From NCBI GenBank assembly GCA_963737265.1, contig CAVTRY010000007.1, positions 352,001 through 416,000 of the forward strand: a DNA stretch of 64,000 nucleotides, written 5' to 3'. This stretch comes from an uncultured delta proteobacterium. GTDB lineage: Bacteria > Myxococcota_A > Polyangia > Fen-1088. Under the pieces are notes generated by a model. The model searched no databases. It saw only the letters and a program-made list of their open reading frames with translations, and was not told the origin of the DNA. Made by a program: the position numbers and the translations under genes. Every line of letters starts with the position of its first letter. The stretch's first letter is position 1. Of this stretch, positions 14,727 through 26,541 are shown piece by piece.

Positions 14727-15772
14727 CCGGGCACCTGACCGACGAGCAGCTGTCGGCGCACCTCGACGGCGAGTCGGATACCGATTCCGATGGGAGCGCA
14801 GCGCAGTTCGCCGAGCATCTCGCAACGTGTGCCCGTTGTCGTCGGCGGCTGAGCGAATTCGACGCGGTGCGCAACCTCGTGCAGACACCGGTGGTTCCCC
14901 CGTCACCGAACCTTCGCGCCGAGTCGATCGCGACGGTGCTGCGCAGCGCGGCTGCGGGGGGTGCGGGTATCGAGGGTCGGATGGATGCTCGAGCGGGGCG
15001 CGGAGCGATCGACGGGGACGGCACCGCCGATGGGAACGGCACCGCCGACGGCACGGGGACGTGAGTGGCAACAGGCCGATCAAGATGCCGGAAGGCGTCC
15101 GCAGGTGCTGGTGGGAGCAGCCGCGGCGATCTTGGTCCTGGCGACTGCCATCGGAGTTCCTCTGGCTCTCCTCGGTCGGAGTACCTCGACATCGTCGTCC
15201 GCGGGACGCTCGGCGGCAGCGCTCGGCGCATCGACCACGACGACAGGTCCTTCGCAGACGTCGGGGCACCAATCCGCGTCGGGAACGTACGGCGGCTCGA
15301 CGAGCTCCGGCGTCCCTTCGTTCGGGAGGTGGCCTCGGTCGAGGCGCTGCGGGCTCGAGTGGACGGGCTCCTGTTCGTGACCGGCTCGGTCGCTGCAGCC
15401 CCGGCGACCACCACCGGTACGAACGCCGCCGCAGCCACACCAACTACGACGGTTCCCCCCTCACCGACCAGTCTCGGGAAAGGGTCGGTCCCCGCCGACC
15501 AGGGCTTGTCCAGCCTGACGGCGGGCGCGCCAAGCGCCATCGAGTTCCAACGGTGTCTGTCGTCGGCGATGCACGCGGCTGGACCAACGACGAGCGTGCA
15601 ACTCGTTGCCACCGCCGCCTTCATGGGTACACCGGCGCTCGTGTACGTGTTCCAGCCCAGTTCGAGCGCGTCCACTTCGGGCAGTCCATCGACATCTGGC
15701 GATGCAGCGCGATCCGCGGTCGTCGTCACGGCTGTCGACGGGTGCAGAATCCTCGTGACGACGACCGAGTAA
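14723..15772 (+). CDS. Zinc-binding (ZAS/zf-HC2) membrane anti-sigma factor (frameshifted)
   Basis: [14 protein letters not shown]...HLATCARC; TM segment [23 protein letters not shown]; C-terminal ALVYVF...VDGCRIL; ATGA overlap with the sigma gene. Confidence 0.8.
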
Positions 15773-15796
15773 CGCGGACCTAATCGAGGGATCGGG

Positions 15797-16870
15797 TCAC
15801 GCCGGGTTGATCGCTTGCCGGCGTCGCCGGAGCGATCCGCGTGCCGGCTAGCCAGATCAGTGCCAGGAGCGCCAGGACCGGAAGGGCCCAGCCCCCGCCC
15901 ACCGCCAGCCCGTCGAGGACGGCCAACGAGTTGTGACGGAGGTAGCGCCACGCCGCCGTGGCGGAATTGGCGGTGGTCCGGCGTCGTGGGCGTGGCCACG
16001 AGGGGCGCTCCCGGGGCGGACGAGGTTGGTCGGTGATCGTGGCCAGGGCGGCGGAGTTCTCCAAGACCGTCTGCTGGTTCTGGAGCTGCTGAAGCTGCTG
16101 CTCCACCGGGAACAGCTGGTTCTGGATCTGGAGGAACGTGTTGATGTCGGTGGCCTGGCCGAGCTTTCCCTGGAGCAGGTTCACCTCGTCCTGGAGTATC
16201 TGGATCGTGGCCGCGTTGGTGGACGACCTGGTTCGTGACGTCCTTTCCCTGGATCTGTTGGTTCGTGACCTTGCCGTAGCCCGAGAGCGTCGGCCATGGC
16301 CTGGCTGAAGTCCGTGTCCAGGACGTGGATGACGATGCTGCCCGAAACCGGCGACGTCCGTGCCGTTCCTCCGGCCATCGACGAGCTCTCGACATAGCCC
16401 ACCGTCGGTGGCGGCCAAGGCGGCGATGTCGGTCAATGACGAGCTGAGGGCGTCCTTGCCGACCCGCAGGTCGATCGTGGCCGTGCGGACGATCTGGGGC
16501 GTGATCGGCGAACACCGGCACGCGGGGAAGCGCCCCGCCGTTGGCCGGGGGCTTGGTGCCGTCCCTGCGGCGCGGTAGGCCGGCCGACGCCGAGCTAGCG
16601 CCGGCCGCGGCCGGCTGCGCCCGCGATGGTCGCGGGGCCGCTCGGCGGCCAGTGCGGCGGGGATGCTCGATCGGGCCTGGCGACGCTGCGCAGCCCTGGC
16701 GACACGCTCCACTGGATGGACACGGATCGCCGCCCGTGACGCGGTCGCCCGCAGTCGACGCCGCGGTTGAGGCGGCGGTGCCGCCGAGCAGGTGGCGGCC
16801 GAGCGCCGCACCGGCACCAGGACGACGACGGCGACGACGGCGACGACGATCTTCCTGAGGCCTTGGACAC
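15797..16870 (-). CDS. DUF4349-type membrane/secreted protein (frameshifted)
   Basis: N-terminal hydrophobic stretch, PQIVRTATIDLRV, GGYVESSS, GKDVT, coiled-coil, C-terminal TM; GTG at 16870 with GGAGG RBS. Confidence 0.75.
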
Positions 16871-16942
16871 GTGGGCCTCCTCGAACGACGACCCAGGCAC
16901 GGCAGGGTCGGCAGACCGGCTCTGCCTTGACCCGGCGCCTCT

Positions 16943-16971
16943 TTGACGACGCCCGTGGCCGTTCGAGTTCC
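16943..16971 (-). promoter_or_regulatory. Candidate ECF promoter of the DUF4349 gene
   Basis: Minus-strand GGAACT-N17-CGTCAA, matching the motif at 14557. Confidence 0.6.
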
Positions 16972-17293
16972 CGGACGCGTCCGCCCCCAGGGCGGGTCCG
17001 TGTCCGCGAGGAGTCAGCTCCCGGCGGGAACCTCAGAGCCGTTGGGCACGAGTCGACCGGGAGCGGGGGCACGGTCGGCCACGTGTCGAAGCTGCCCCGC
17101 TGGGCGGGCTGGCGTGCCGGCTCCCCGGCGAGCTTTCCGAGCGCGGCTCGGCCCACCGCGCGGCCACGGCCGCCGGCCACGCCGCCACGACGATCGACCA
17201 GCCCAGACCTCGCATCATGCCTCTCACGCCGTGGAGCGTAGATCGCCGCGACCGGTGGGGTGTGCTTGACCTGAGGCGCCTCGCTTTGTCACC

Positions 17294-17415
17294 ATGGAAC
17301 CTGTCATGCGTCGAGCACCCCTTCATCCACGGCCCTGCTTCTTACCTGACGGCGAGCGCCACATCGCGCTCGCCGAGCCCGCCCCCTGTGCCCAATGGCC
17401 AGGGGGTTTCTTCTT
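17294..17415 (+). promoter_or_regulatory. leuA attenuator: leader ending S-T-A-L-L-L-T-stop, hairpin, terminator
   Basis: CTG CTT CTT ACC TGA at 17335-17349; ATGs at 17294/17306 are in frame if one C is added to the C-run at ~17318; CGGCGAGCG/CGCTCGCCG stem 17350-17375; CCCCCTG/CAGGGGG stem then TTTCTTCTT. Confidence 0.75.
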
Positions 17416-17446
17416 GGGCCAAGGCCCCCGGGACCGCCCGAGCGCC

Positions 17447-17526
17447 AGAACAGACACCGAGACAGACACGAGCACAGAACACGAGACAGAACACCGAGAA
17501 CAGAACACCGAGACAGAACACGAGAG
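17447..17526 (+). repeat. About six degenerate ~13-bp units (ACAGAACACCGAG) between the attenuator and the leuA start
   Basis: Read directly; the tract contains no T. Confidence 0.85.
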
Positions 17527-17538
17527 TGAGGACATCCG

Positions 17539-19171
17539 ATGAGCGAGAAGCCCAGCGCCAAGCGAGCCCAGAAGCCGTCGAGCCGGCCCGTACAGGGGCG
17601 GCTTCGCCGTCGGTGACGCGGGGCACCTCGTCGTCTTCGACACGACCCTGCGTGACGGCGAGCAGTCGCCGGGGATCTCGCTCGACGTCGCCGAGAAGCT
17701 CGAGATCGCCGAGCAGCTGGCCCGGGCGGGCGTCGACTACATCGAGGCCGGCTTCCCGGTGGCGAGCCAGGGCGACTTCGAAGCGGTGCAGGCCATCGCC
17801 CGGTCTGTCGGCAACGGCCCGCGACGCCCCGGCCATCTGCGGCCTGTCGCGGACCCAGCTCTCCGACGTCGACCGCTGCTGGGAGGCGGTGCGCGACGCG
17901 GCGCGGGCCCGCATCCACGTGTTCATCTCGACGAGCCCCCAGCACATGGAGCACATGCTCAAGATGAACGAGGCCCAGGTGCTGGCCGAGACGCGTGGCG
18001 GCGTGGCCCGCGCCCGGGAGCACACCGACGACGTCGAGTTCAGCCCCCAGGACGCGACCCGCACACCTCTCGACTTCATGCTGGAGGTGCTGCGGGCCTC
18101 GGTCGAGGCCGGCGCCACCACGCTGAACATCCCCGACACCGTCGGGTACGGCATTCCCTGGGACTTCGGCGCCCTGATCCAGCACATCCGCAAGGAGGTG
18201 CCCGGCGACTACGTGCTGTCGACCCACTGCCACAACGACCTCGGGCTCGCCACCGCCAACACCCTGGCCGGCGTGCAGGCCGGAGCACGCCAGGTCGAGG
18301 TGTGTGTCAACGGCCTGGGCGAGCGCGCCGGGAACGCCGCGCTCGAGGAGGTCGTCATGGCGCTGCGGATCCGTCCCGATCAGTTCCCCGGCGTCACCAC
18401 GACGGTGCGCACCGAGGAGCTGGCGCGTGCCTCGCGGCTGGTGGCCCGACTGACGGGCTACCCGGTCCAGTACAACAAGGCGGTCGTGGGCCGCAACGCC
18501 TTCGCCCACGAGTCCGGCATCCACCAGCACGGGGTCCTCGCCGACCGCTCGACCTACGAGATCATCGACGCCGCCAGCGTGGGCAGGTCGGACGCCAGAT
18601 CGTCATGGGCAAGCACTCGGGACGCCACGCCTTCGCCGACACGCTCGAGAAGATGGGGATCCACGTCCAGGGCGACGGGCTCAACCAGGCGTTCACCCGG
18701 TTCAAGGAGCTGGCCGACCGCAAGGTCGAGATCACCGAGGCCGACCTCGAGGCGATCGTGGCCGAGGAGCTCGGCCAGGACCTGGTCGAGGGGTTCCATC
18801 TCGAGGCGCTCGAGGTGGCCGGCGGCACCGTCGGCATGCCCCGGGCCCGCGTCGTGGTGAGCCGCTCGGGGGACAAGGTGGAGGCCGCGGCCGAGGGCAA
18901 CGGCATGATCGACGCGGCGTGCACCGCCATCCGTGCCGCGACGGAGGTGGAGTCACGGCTCATCGGGTTCAACGTCTCGTCGGTGACGGCGGCGTCGACG
19001 CCCTCGGCGACGTCGTCGTCCAGCTCGAGGACCGACGGGCTCAAGGTGTCGGGTCGTGGCGTCTCCACCGACGTCGTCGAAGCGTCGGCCCGCGCCTATC
19101 TGGCCGCGGTCAACCGGCTCGTCCGCATCCGGGCGCGCAACGAGCAGCGCGAGCTCGAGATCGGGCCGTGA
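17539..19171 (+). CDS. leuA: 2-isopropylmalate synthase (frameshifted)
   Basis: [65 protein letters not shown]. Confidence 0.95.
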
Positions 19172-19227
19172 GGCCGTCCACGAGCGTCGCCCTCCGGCGG
19201 ACCTCGCGCCGCACGCTGCGACCGGGC

Positions 19228-19635
19228 TTACGCCGCTGGTACGACCTCGGCGTGCACTGCGGCACCGGCGCGCCCGGTCGGGGATCTCGCTCAGGCACTC
19301 CGGGCAGTCCCGCGTGCCGGGCTCGGCTTCCTGCCCCTTCCTGCGGCGCGCCGTCAGGGCGTTGATCGGCTTGACCACGAAGAAGAACACCGCCGCCGCG
19401 ATGAGCACGAACGAGATCAGGTCGTTCAGGAACGTCCCGTAGTGGAAGACGCTGCTGTGCACGGTGAACGATGAGGTTGGCGAATGAGTGCTTGCCCGGG
19501 ATGCGAGACAACGGAGTGAGCAGGTTCGTGCACGAACGAGGTCACCACGGCTCCGAAGGCAGCGCCGATGACGACCGCGACGGCCAGGTCGACCACGTTG
19601 CCCCGCAGGATGAATGCCTTGAAGTCCTTCAGCAT
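19228..19635 (-). CDS. mscL: Large-conductance mechanosensitive channel with C-terminal Cys cluster (frameshifted)
   Basis: [57 protein letters not shown]. Confidence 0.93.
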
Positions 19636-19791
19636 GGTGCCTCCTCTTTCGTGGGTTCGGCCCTGTCAGCCTGCCAGCCCCGCCAGCGCTGCTACCGCTG
19701 ACGGCGCTGCGGTTCGATCTCTGCCGGTGCGACCGAATGGACGCCGCGGGGTCAGAGCCGCGACCCGGCTGCCAAGAGCCTCGGGCGGGGA

Positions 19792-19829
19792 GGGTGGGAT
19801 GAGGGTGGGATGACGGTGGGATGAGGTGG
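19792..19829. repeat. Three to four copies of GGTGGGATGA between leuD and mscL
   Basis: gggtgggatga gggtgggatga cggtgggatga ggtgg. Confidence 0.8.
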
Positions 19830-19905
19830 CGGGACGCGGAGGCCGCGAGCCACGCTGGCAGAGGCGACGCGGACGGCGACGGCGATGGCGATGGCCGCCG
19901 GAGCC

Positions 19906-20504
19906 TCAGGCTGTGACGGTCGGCATCCAGGGAGAGCGGTGGCGCTCGTAGGCCGTGATGTCGTCTCCGTGGCGGAGGGTCAGCCCGATGTCGTCCCAGC
20001 CGTTGAGCAGGCGCTCGCGGGTGAACTCGTCGAGCGGGAACGAGCCGGCCAGCCCGGCCGCCGGTGCCTCGACGGTCCCGCGGGCGACGTCGATGGTCAG
20101 CTCGAGCGAGGGTCGGCCACACCGCGTCGAGCAGGGCCCGGCCCAGCTCCGGCTCGACCTCGACGGGAGCAGTCCCTGCTTCGTGCAGTTGTTGCGGAAG
20201 ATGTCGCGCGAAGCGAGGCGACACGACCGCCTCGAACCCGTAGTCGAGAAGCGCCCACACGGCGTGCTCCCGCGACGAGCCGGTGCCGAAGTTCGGGCCC
20301 GGCCACGAGGATGGTGGCGCCGGCGTACTCGGGCTGGTTCAGGACGAAGTCGCGGTCGTCGCGCCACTCCGCAGAACAGGCCCGCGCCGAACCCGGTGCG
20401 CTCGACGCGCTTGAGCCAGTCCGACGGGATGATCTGGTCGGTGTCGACGTCGGAGCGGTCGAGGGGAACGGCGCGTCCGGTGACGACGCGTGACGGGCTT
20501 CCAC
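19906..20504 (-). CDS. leuD: 3-isopropylmalate dehydratase small subunit (frameshifted)
   Basis: [42 protein letters not shown]. Confidence 0.93.
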
Positions 20505-21938
20505 TGCGTGCTCCAGGCGTCGCGAGTCCCGGGGGTGGCGAAGTGGCCGGCGACGGCGGTGGCGGCCGCCACGGCGGGGGACACGAGGTGGGTGCGCCCG
20601 CCCCGGCCCTGGCGTCCCTCGAAGTTCCGGTTCGAGGTCGACGCGCAGCGCTCGCCCACGGCGAGCTTGTCGGGGTTCATGGCCAGGCACATCGAGCAGC
20701 CCGGCTCGCGCCACTCGAAGCCGGCGGCGACGAAGACCTTGTCGAGCCCCTCGGCCTCGGCCTGGGCCTTCACGCGGTGCGACCCGGGCACGACGAGGGC
20801 CCGCATGCCCGCTGCGGACGTGGCGGCCGTCGAGCACCGCCGCGGCGGCCCGGAGGTCCTCGATGCGCGAGTTGGTGCACGACCCGATGAACACGGTGTC
20901 GACCGCGATGTCGCGCATCGGCGGTTCCCGCCGTCAGCCCCATGTACTCCAGCGCCCGGGCGGCGGCCTCGCGCTCGGCCGGGTCGGCGAAGCTCGACGG
21001 GTCGGGGACGGCGCCCGTCGATGGGGACCACCTGGCCGGGTTCGTCCCCCACGTGACGTGGGGGCGGATGGCCGACGGCGTCGATGGTCACGGTCTTGTC
21101 GAAGACCGCGCCGTCGTCGGTGGCGAGCGTGCGCCAGTCCTCGAGCGCCCGCTCCCACAGCTTGCCCTGTGGGCGCGTGGGGCCGGCCCTCGAGGTAGGC
21201 GAACGTCGTGTCGTCGGGAGCGATCATCCCGGCCCGGGCGCCGGCCTCGATGGACATGTTGCACACCGTCATCCGGCCTTCCATCGACAGGGCCCGGATG
21301 GCCGGGCCGCGGTACTCGATGACGTGGCCCATGCCGCCGCCGGTGCCGATGCGCCCGATGATGGCGAGCACGATGTCCTTGGCGGTGACACCGGCGGGCA
21401 GCGTCGCCGTCGACCTCGACGGCCATGGTCGTCGGCCGCGTCTGGGGCAGCGTCTGGGTGGCGAGGACGTGCTCGACCTCGGACGTGCCGATCCCGAACG
21501 CGAGCGCGCCGAAGGCGCCGTGGGTCGAGGTGTGGCTGTCGCCGCACACGATGGTCATGCCCGGCTGGGTCAGGCCCAGCTCGGGCCCGATGACGTGGAC
21601 GATGCCCTGGTTGGCGTGGCCCATCGGGTAGCAGGTGATGCCGAACTCGGCGCAGTTGGCCGCCAGCACCTCGAGCTGCCGGGCCGAGACCGGGTCGGCG
21701 ACGGGCTTGTCGATGTCGGTGGTCGGGACGTTGTGGTCGGCGGTGGCGACGGTGAGCTCGGGGTGGCGCACCGTCCGGCCCGCCAGCCGCAGCCCGTCGA
21801 AGGCCTGCGGCGAGGTGACCTCGTGCACCAGATGCAGGTCGATGAAGAGCAGATCGGGCTCGCCGTCGGCCGTGATGGACGAGGTGGCGGTCCCACACCT
21901 TGTCGCTGAGTGTGCGGGGCTTGCGCCGGCGCCGGCAT
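20505..21938 (-). CDS. leuC: 3-isopropylmalate dehydratase large subunit (frameshifted)
   Basis: [71 protein letters not shown]. Confidence 0.95.
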
Positions 21939-21967
21939 CGGCTTGCCGACGTCGCTCGGACTCGGCG

Positions 21968-22451
21968 TCAGCTGCCGATCTGGACGATCTCGACCCGCAG
22001 CGTGCCGCCCGGGGCCTCGTACTCGACGACGTCGCCCGAGGTCTTGCCCAGCAGCGCCTGGCCCGAGGGGGAGCCGGGGGAGACGACGTTGAGCTCGTCG
22101 TGGCGCTCCTCGATCGACCCCACCAGGAACCGCTCGATCTCCTCGTCGCCTTCGTAGCGGATGGCCACGACCGAGCCGGCCGCCACCGTCTCGGAGCTGC
22201 CGACGGCCTCGTCGTCGACGATGACGGCGTGGCCGAGGGTGTGCTGGAGCTGGCGGATCGCGGGACTCCATCTTCCCCTGGGTGTCCTTGGCGGCGTGGT
22301 AGTCGCCGTTCTCGGACAGGTCGCCGAGGGCCCGGGCGGCCTCGATGGCACGCGCGATCTCGACCCGGCCCCGGGTGGTCAGGTCCTCGAGCTCGGCCTG
22401 CAGGCGGTCGTAGGTGGCCTGGGTGAGATGGGTGGATTCGTCGTCGGTCAC
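21968..22451 (-). CDS. greA: Transcription elongation factor GreA (frameshifted)
   Basis: [45 protein letters not shown]. Confidence 0.92.
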
Positions 22452-22612
22452 GCCCACCAAGGGTACCGGCTCGGTCGGGCGCCTCGGTGGCGAGGCGCCT
22501 GCCGCGCTCCCGCTCCGACCGCCCTCCGCCTCGCCCCAGGCCGCCCGGGGCTCTGTGGTCGACGGGCGCGGGCGTGTGGTTGACGGGGGTCGGGCGCGAG
22601 ACTGGCTGTCCG

Positions 22613-22651
22613 ATGGGAACCCCGAGCACTCCCGTAATCATCATCGAATAG
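22613..22651 (+). CDS. Leader peptide [12 protein letters not shown] (Ile-sensing)
   Basis: Intact ATG GGA ACC CCG AGC ACT CCC GTA ATC ATC ATC GAA TAG. Confidence 0.85.
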   Translation: MGTPSTPVIIIE

Positions 22652-22712
22652 GCGCACACCTGACTGGTGTGCGCCTCCCCGACCGTCCACATCGTGGGCG
22701 GTTTTTCATTTT
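22650..22712 (+). terminator. Attenuator hairpin and intrinsic terminator upstream of leuB-ilvE-cimA
   Basis: 11-bp stem AGGCGCACACC/GGTGTGCGCCT, then ACCGTCCAC-atc-GTGGGCGGT followed by TTTTCATTTT. Confidence 0.88.
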
Positions 22713-22731
22713 CCGGGACGCCCGCCGAGGC

Positions 22732-22791
22732 CCGAGACACCACTGACCGAGAGACCACAGACCGAGAGACCCCAGACCGAGAAACGCCAGA
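22732..22791 (+). repeat. Four 15-bp units (CCGAGAGACCACAGA-like) before leuB
   Basis: Units at 22732, 22747, 22762 and 22777. Confidence 0.85.
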
Positions 22792-22798
22792 CAGGACG

Positions 22799-23849
22799 AT
22801 CGAGCACTCCCAGAGACCCACACGCGTGGCCGTGATCGGCGGCGACGGCATCGGCCCCGAGGTGCTGGCCGAGGCCCTGAAGGTGGTCGCCGCGGCCGGC
22901 GTCACCCTCGACACGACCGACTTCGAGCTCGGCGCCGCCCACTACCTGCGCACGGGCGAGGTGCTTCCCGACGCCACCCTCGAGGAGCTGCGGGCTTCGA
23001 CGCCATCCTCCTCGGGGCGGTGGGCCCGCCGGTGGGGTCGACCGACGTCCCCTCCGGGCCTGCTCGAGCGCGGCCTGCTGCTGCGGCTGCGCTTCGAGCT
23101 CGACCTGTACGTCAACCTGCGGCCCTTCGTCGGCATCGCCGGGGCGCCCGCGCCCGACTGCGACTTCGTCGTCGTGCGGGAGAACACCGAGGGGACCTAC
23201 GCCGGCGAGGGCGGGTTCCTGCGGCGCAAGGCACGCCCTACGAGGTGGCCACCCAGGGATCGGTGAACACCCGGATGGGCGTCGAGCGCTGCGTGCGGTT
23301 CGCCTTCGAGCTCGCCGTCGCGGCGTGCAGCGCCATCACCTCACCCTGGTGCACAAGACCAACGTCCTCACCTTCGCCGGCGACCTGTGGCAGCGGATCG
23401 TGGACGAGGTGGCCGCCGAGTACCCCGGGGTGACCCGCGACTACAACCACGTCGACGCGGCGTGCATCTACCTCGTCGAGCAGCCCGGCCGCTACGACGT
23501 CATCGTCACCGACAACCTCTTCGGCGACATCCTCACCGACCTGGCCGGCGCCGTGGCCGGCGGGATCGGGTTCGCCGCCTCGGCCAACCTGAACCCGGCC
23601 CGCACCGGGCCGTCGCTGTTCGAGCCCGTCCACGGTGCCGCCCACGACATCGCCGGCACCGGCACCGCCAACCCGGTGGCCGCCGATCCGCTCGGCCGCC
23701 CTCATGCTCGAGCATCTGGGCGAGGTCGACGCGGCCGAGCGCATCACCAAGGCCGTCACCGCCTATCTGGCCGAGCACCGTCGACCGGTCGCCGTCCTCC
23801 GTTCCCGTCCACCGTCGCCGTCGGCGACGCCATTGCAGAAAGGCTCTGA
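22799..23849 (+). CDS. leuB: 3-isopropylmalate dehydrogenase (start approximate; frameshifted)
   Basis: [70 protein letters not shown]. Confidence 0.92.
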
Positions 23850-23853
23850 GCCC

Positions 23854-24785
23854 GTGCCCATCACCCCGACCGAGAAGATCTGGCTCGACGGCGAGCTCGT
23901 CGACTGGGACAAGGCGCGCATCCACGTGCTCACCCATTCGCTCCACTACGGCTCGGGCGTGTTCGAGGGCATCCGCGCCTACCCGACCAGCCGGGGCGTG
24001 GCGGTGTTCCGGCTCACCGACCACATCAACCGCCTGTTCACCTCGGCCAAGGTGTTCATGATCGACATGCCCTACAGCGCCCGACGAGCTCGTCGCGGCC
24101 AGCAAGGAGGTCGTGCGCGTGAACGGGCTCGACGACGGCTGCTACCTCCGGCCCATCGTCTACCTCGGGTACGGCGAGATGGGGCTCAACCCCTTGCCGT
24201 GTCCCGTCAGCGTGGCCATCGCCGCCTGGCCGTGGGGCACGTACCTGGGCGACGAGGGCGTGGCCAACGGCATCCGCCTCAAGGTGTCGCTCGTGGCAGC
24301 GCCACGACCCCAACGCCGTGCCGACGGCGGCCAAGGGGACGGGCATGTACGTGAACTCCTCGCTGGCCAAGGTCGAGGCGCTGAAGGCCGGCTACGACGA
24401 GGCGGTGCTGCTCGCCCCCGACGGCCGGGTGTCGGAGTGCACGGGCGAGAACATCTTCATCGTCCAGGGGCGGCGCATCGTCACCCCGCCCACCTCGGAG
24501 TCCGGCGCGCTGGCGGGCATCACCCAGGACTCGGTGCGGACCATCGCCGCCGACCTCGGCTACGAGTACGCCACCGAGGCGCTCATCCGCACCGACCTCT
24601 ACACCGCCGACGAGGCCTTCCTCACCGGCACCGCGGCCGAGGTCGTCCCCATCCGCGAGGTCGACGACCGCACCGTCGGGACCGGGCGGCCGGGCCCGGT
24701 GACCAAGCACATCCAGGACACCTACTTCGCGACCGTCCGGGGCGAGGTGGACCGCTACAAGGACTGGCTCGAACATGTCGAGTGA
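23854..24785 (+). CDS. ilvE: Branched-chain amino acid aminotransferase (frameshifted)
   Basis: LHYGSGVFEGIRAY, YLRPIVY, AKGTGMYVNS, ECTGENIF, LAGIT, FLTGTAAEV. Confidence 0.94.
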
Positions 24786-26541
24786 CCCCGCCGGAGGCGC
24801 GGCGAGCAGGGTCGTCCGGCGCCGGCGTCAAGGGAAATGGCGCAATCCTCCGGGAACGAGCCACAGCCAGGGCACCCACGGCCGCACGCCAGCCACGGCT
24901 TCGACCTGCCGGTGCTGCCCGAGGCCGTCGACATCTTCGACACGACGCTGCGCGACGGGTCCCAGCAAGAGGGCCTGTCGCTCACCGTGGACGACAAGCT
25001 CCGCGTGGCCGAGCAGCTCGACCACCTCGGCGTCACCTTCATCGAGGGGGGATGGCCCGGAGCCAACCCCAAGGACGAGGAGTTCTTCGCCCGGGCCCCG
25101 GCCGAGCTCCGCCTGTCGACCGCCACCCTGGTCGCCTTCGGGTCCACGCGCCGGGCCGGCGTGCGGGCCGAGGACGACGAGGTCCTGCGCCAACTGGTCA
25201 AGGCCAACACCGAGGCCGTCTGCATCGTGGCCAAGGCCTCGAAGCTCCATGTCACCGAGGCGCTGCGCACGACACTCGACGAGGCCGTCGCGATGGCAGC
25301 GGACTCGGTGCGTTCCTCCGGGACCACGACCTGCGGGTGTTCTTCGACGCCGAGCACTTCTTCGACGGCTTCCGCGACGACCCGACGTTCACCCTGCGTG
25401 ATCCTGCGCGCCGCGGAGGAAGCCGGGGCCGAGGCCCTCGTGCTGTGCGACACCAACGGTGGCACCCTCCCCCACGACGTCGAGCGCATCGTGGCCGGCG
25501 TGGTGGCCGACTTCGAGTGCCAGGTCGGCGTGCACTTCCACAACGACTCCGGCTGTGCCGTGGCCAACTCGATCGCCGGGGTCCGGGCCGGTGCGACCCA
25601 CGTCCAGGGATGCGTGAACGGGTACGGCGAGCGGACCGGCAACGCCGACCTCTCCGCTGCGATCCCCAACCTGTCGTTGAAGCTCAACGTCCGCACCATC
25701 CCCGCGGAGCGTCTCGAGCGGATCACGCCGGTCTCGCACCACATCGCCGAGCTCGTGAACCTCGCGCCCAACCCGCAACAGCCCTATGTGGGCAGCGCAG
25801 CCTTCGCCCACAAGGCGGGACTGCACACCAGTGCGATCGCCCGCCGCCGCGACGCGTACGAGCACGTCGCCGCCCGACGCCGTCGGCAACGGGACCCGCT
25901 TCGTCGTGTCGGAGATGGCCGGGCGGTCGACGTTGGCGCTCAAGGCCGAGGAGCTCGGCCTCGAGCTCGACTCCGACGCGTCGTCGAGCGTGCTCGACAC
26001 CTGAAGGCCCTCGAGTACCGCGGCTACCACTTCGAGGTCGCCGACGGATCGCTCGAGCTCCTGCTGCGCAAGGCGACGGGGTGGGAGCCCGACTACTTCG
26101 AGGTCGAGTCGTTCCGGGTCATCAACGACCACGACGATCCCCACGACGGAGCCGGCGGCGACGTGGCCGCCACACCACCGAGGCGACGGTCAGGATCCGC
26201 GTCGGCGACGCCCGCGTGGTGGCCACGGCCGAGGGCAACGGCCCCATCAACGCGCTGGACTCCGCGCTGCGCCAGGCCATCGGGGCCCACTTCCCGAAGC
26301 TGTCGGCTGTCCATCTCGTCGACTACCGGGTGCGCGTGCTCGACACGGGAAGGGGACGGGCGCGGTCACCCGGGTCCTGATCGACACCAGCGACGGCGAG
26401 CGCGTATGGACCACGATCGGTGTGTCGGAGAACATCATCGAGGCCTCCTGGCAGGCCCTTTTCGACTCGATCGTCTACGGTCTGCTCCACGGATCCCGGG
26501 AGCGCCGGTTCCCCCACGACCGGCACCGAACCCTCACATGA
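24775..26541 (+). CDS. cimA: Citramalate synthase (frameshifted; start approximate)
   Basis: [84 protein letters not shown]; these are CimA-type rather than LeuA-type signatures. Confidence 0.88.

Noticed and set aside
22799-22801. Non-canonical ATC start for leuB
   Set aside because: More simply explained as ATG AGC with an inserted C in an error-rich stretch.
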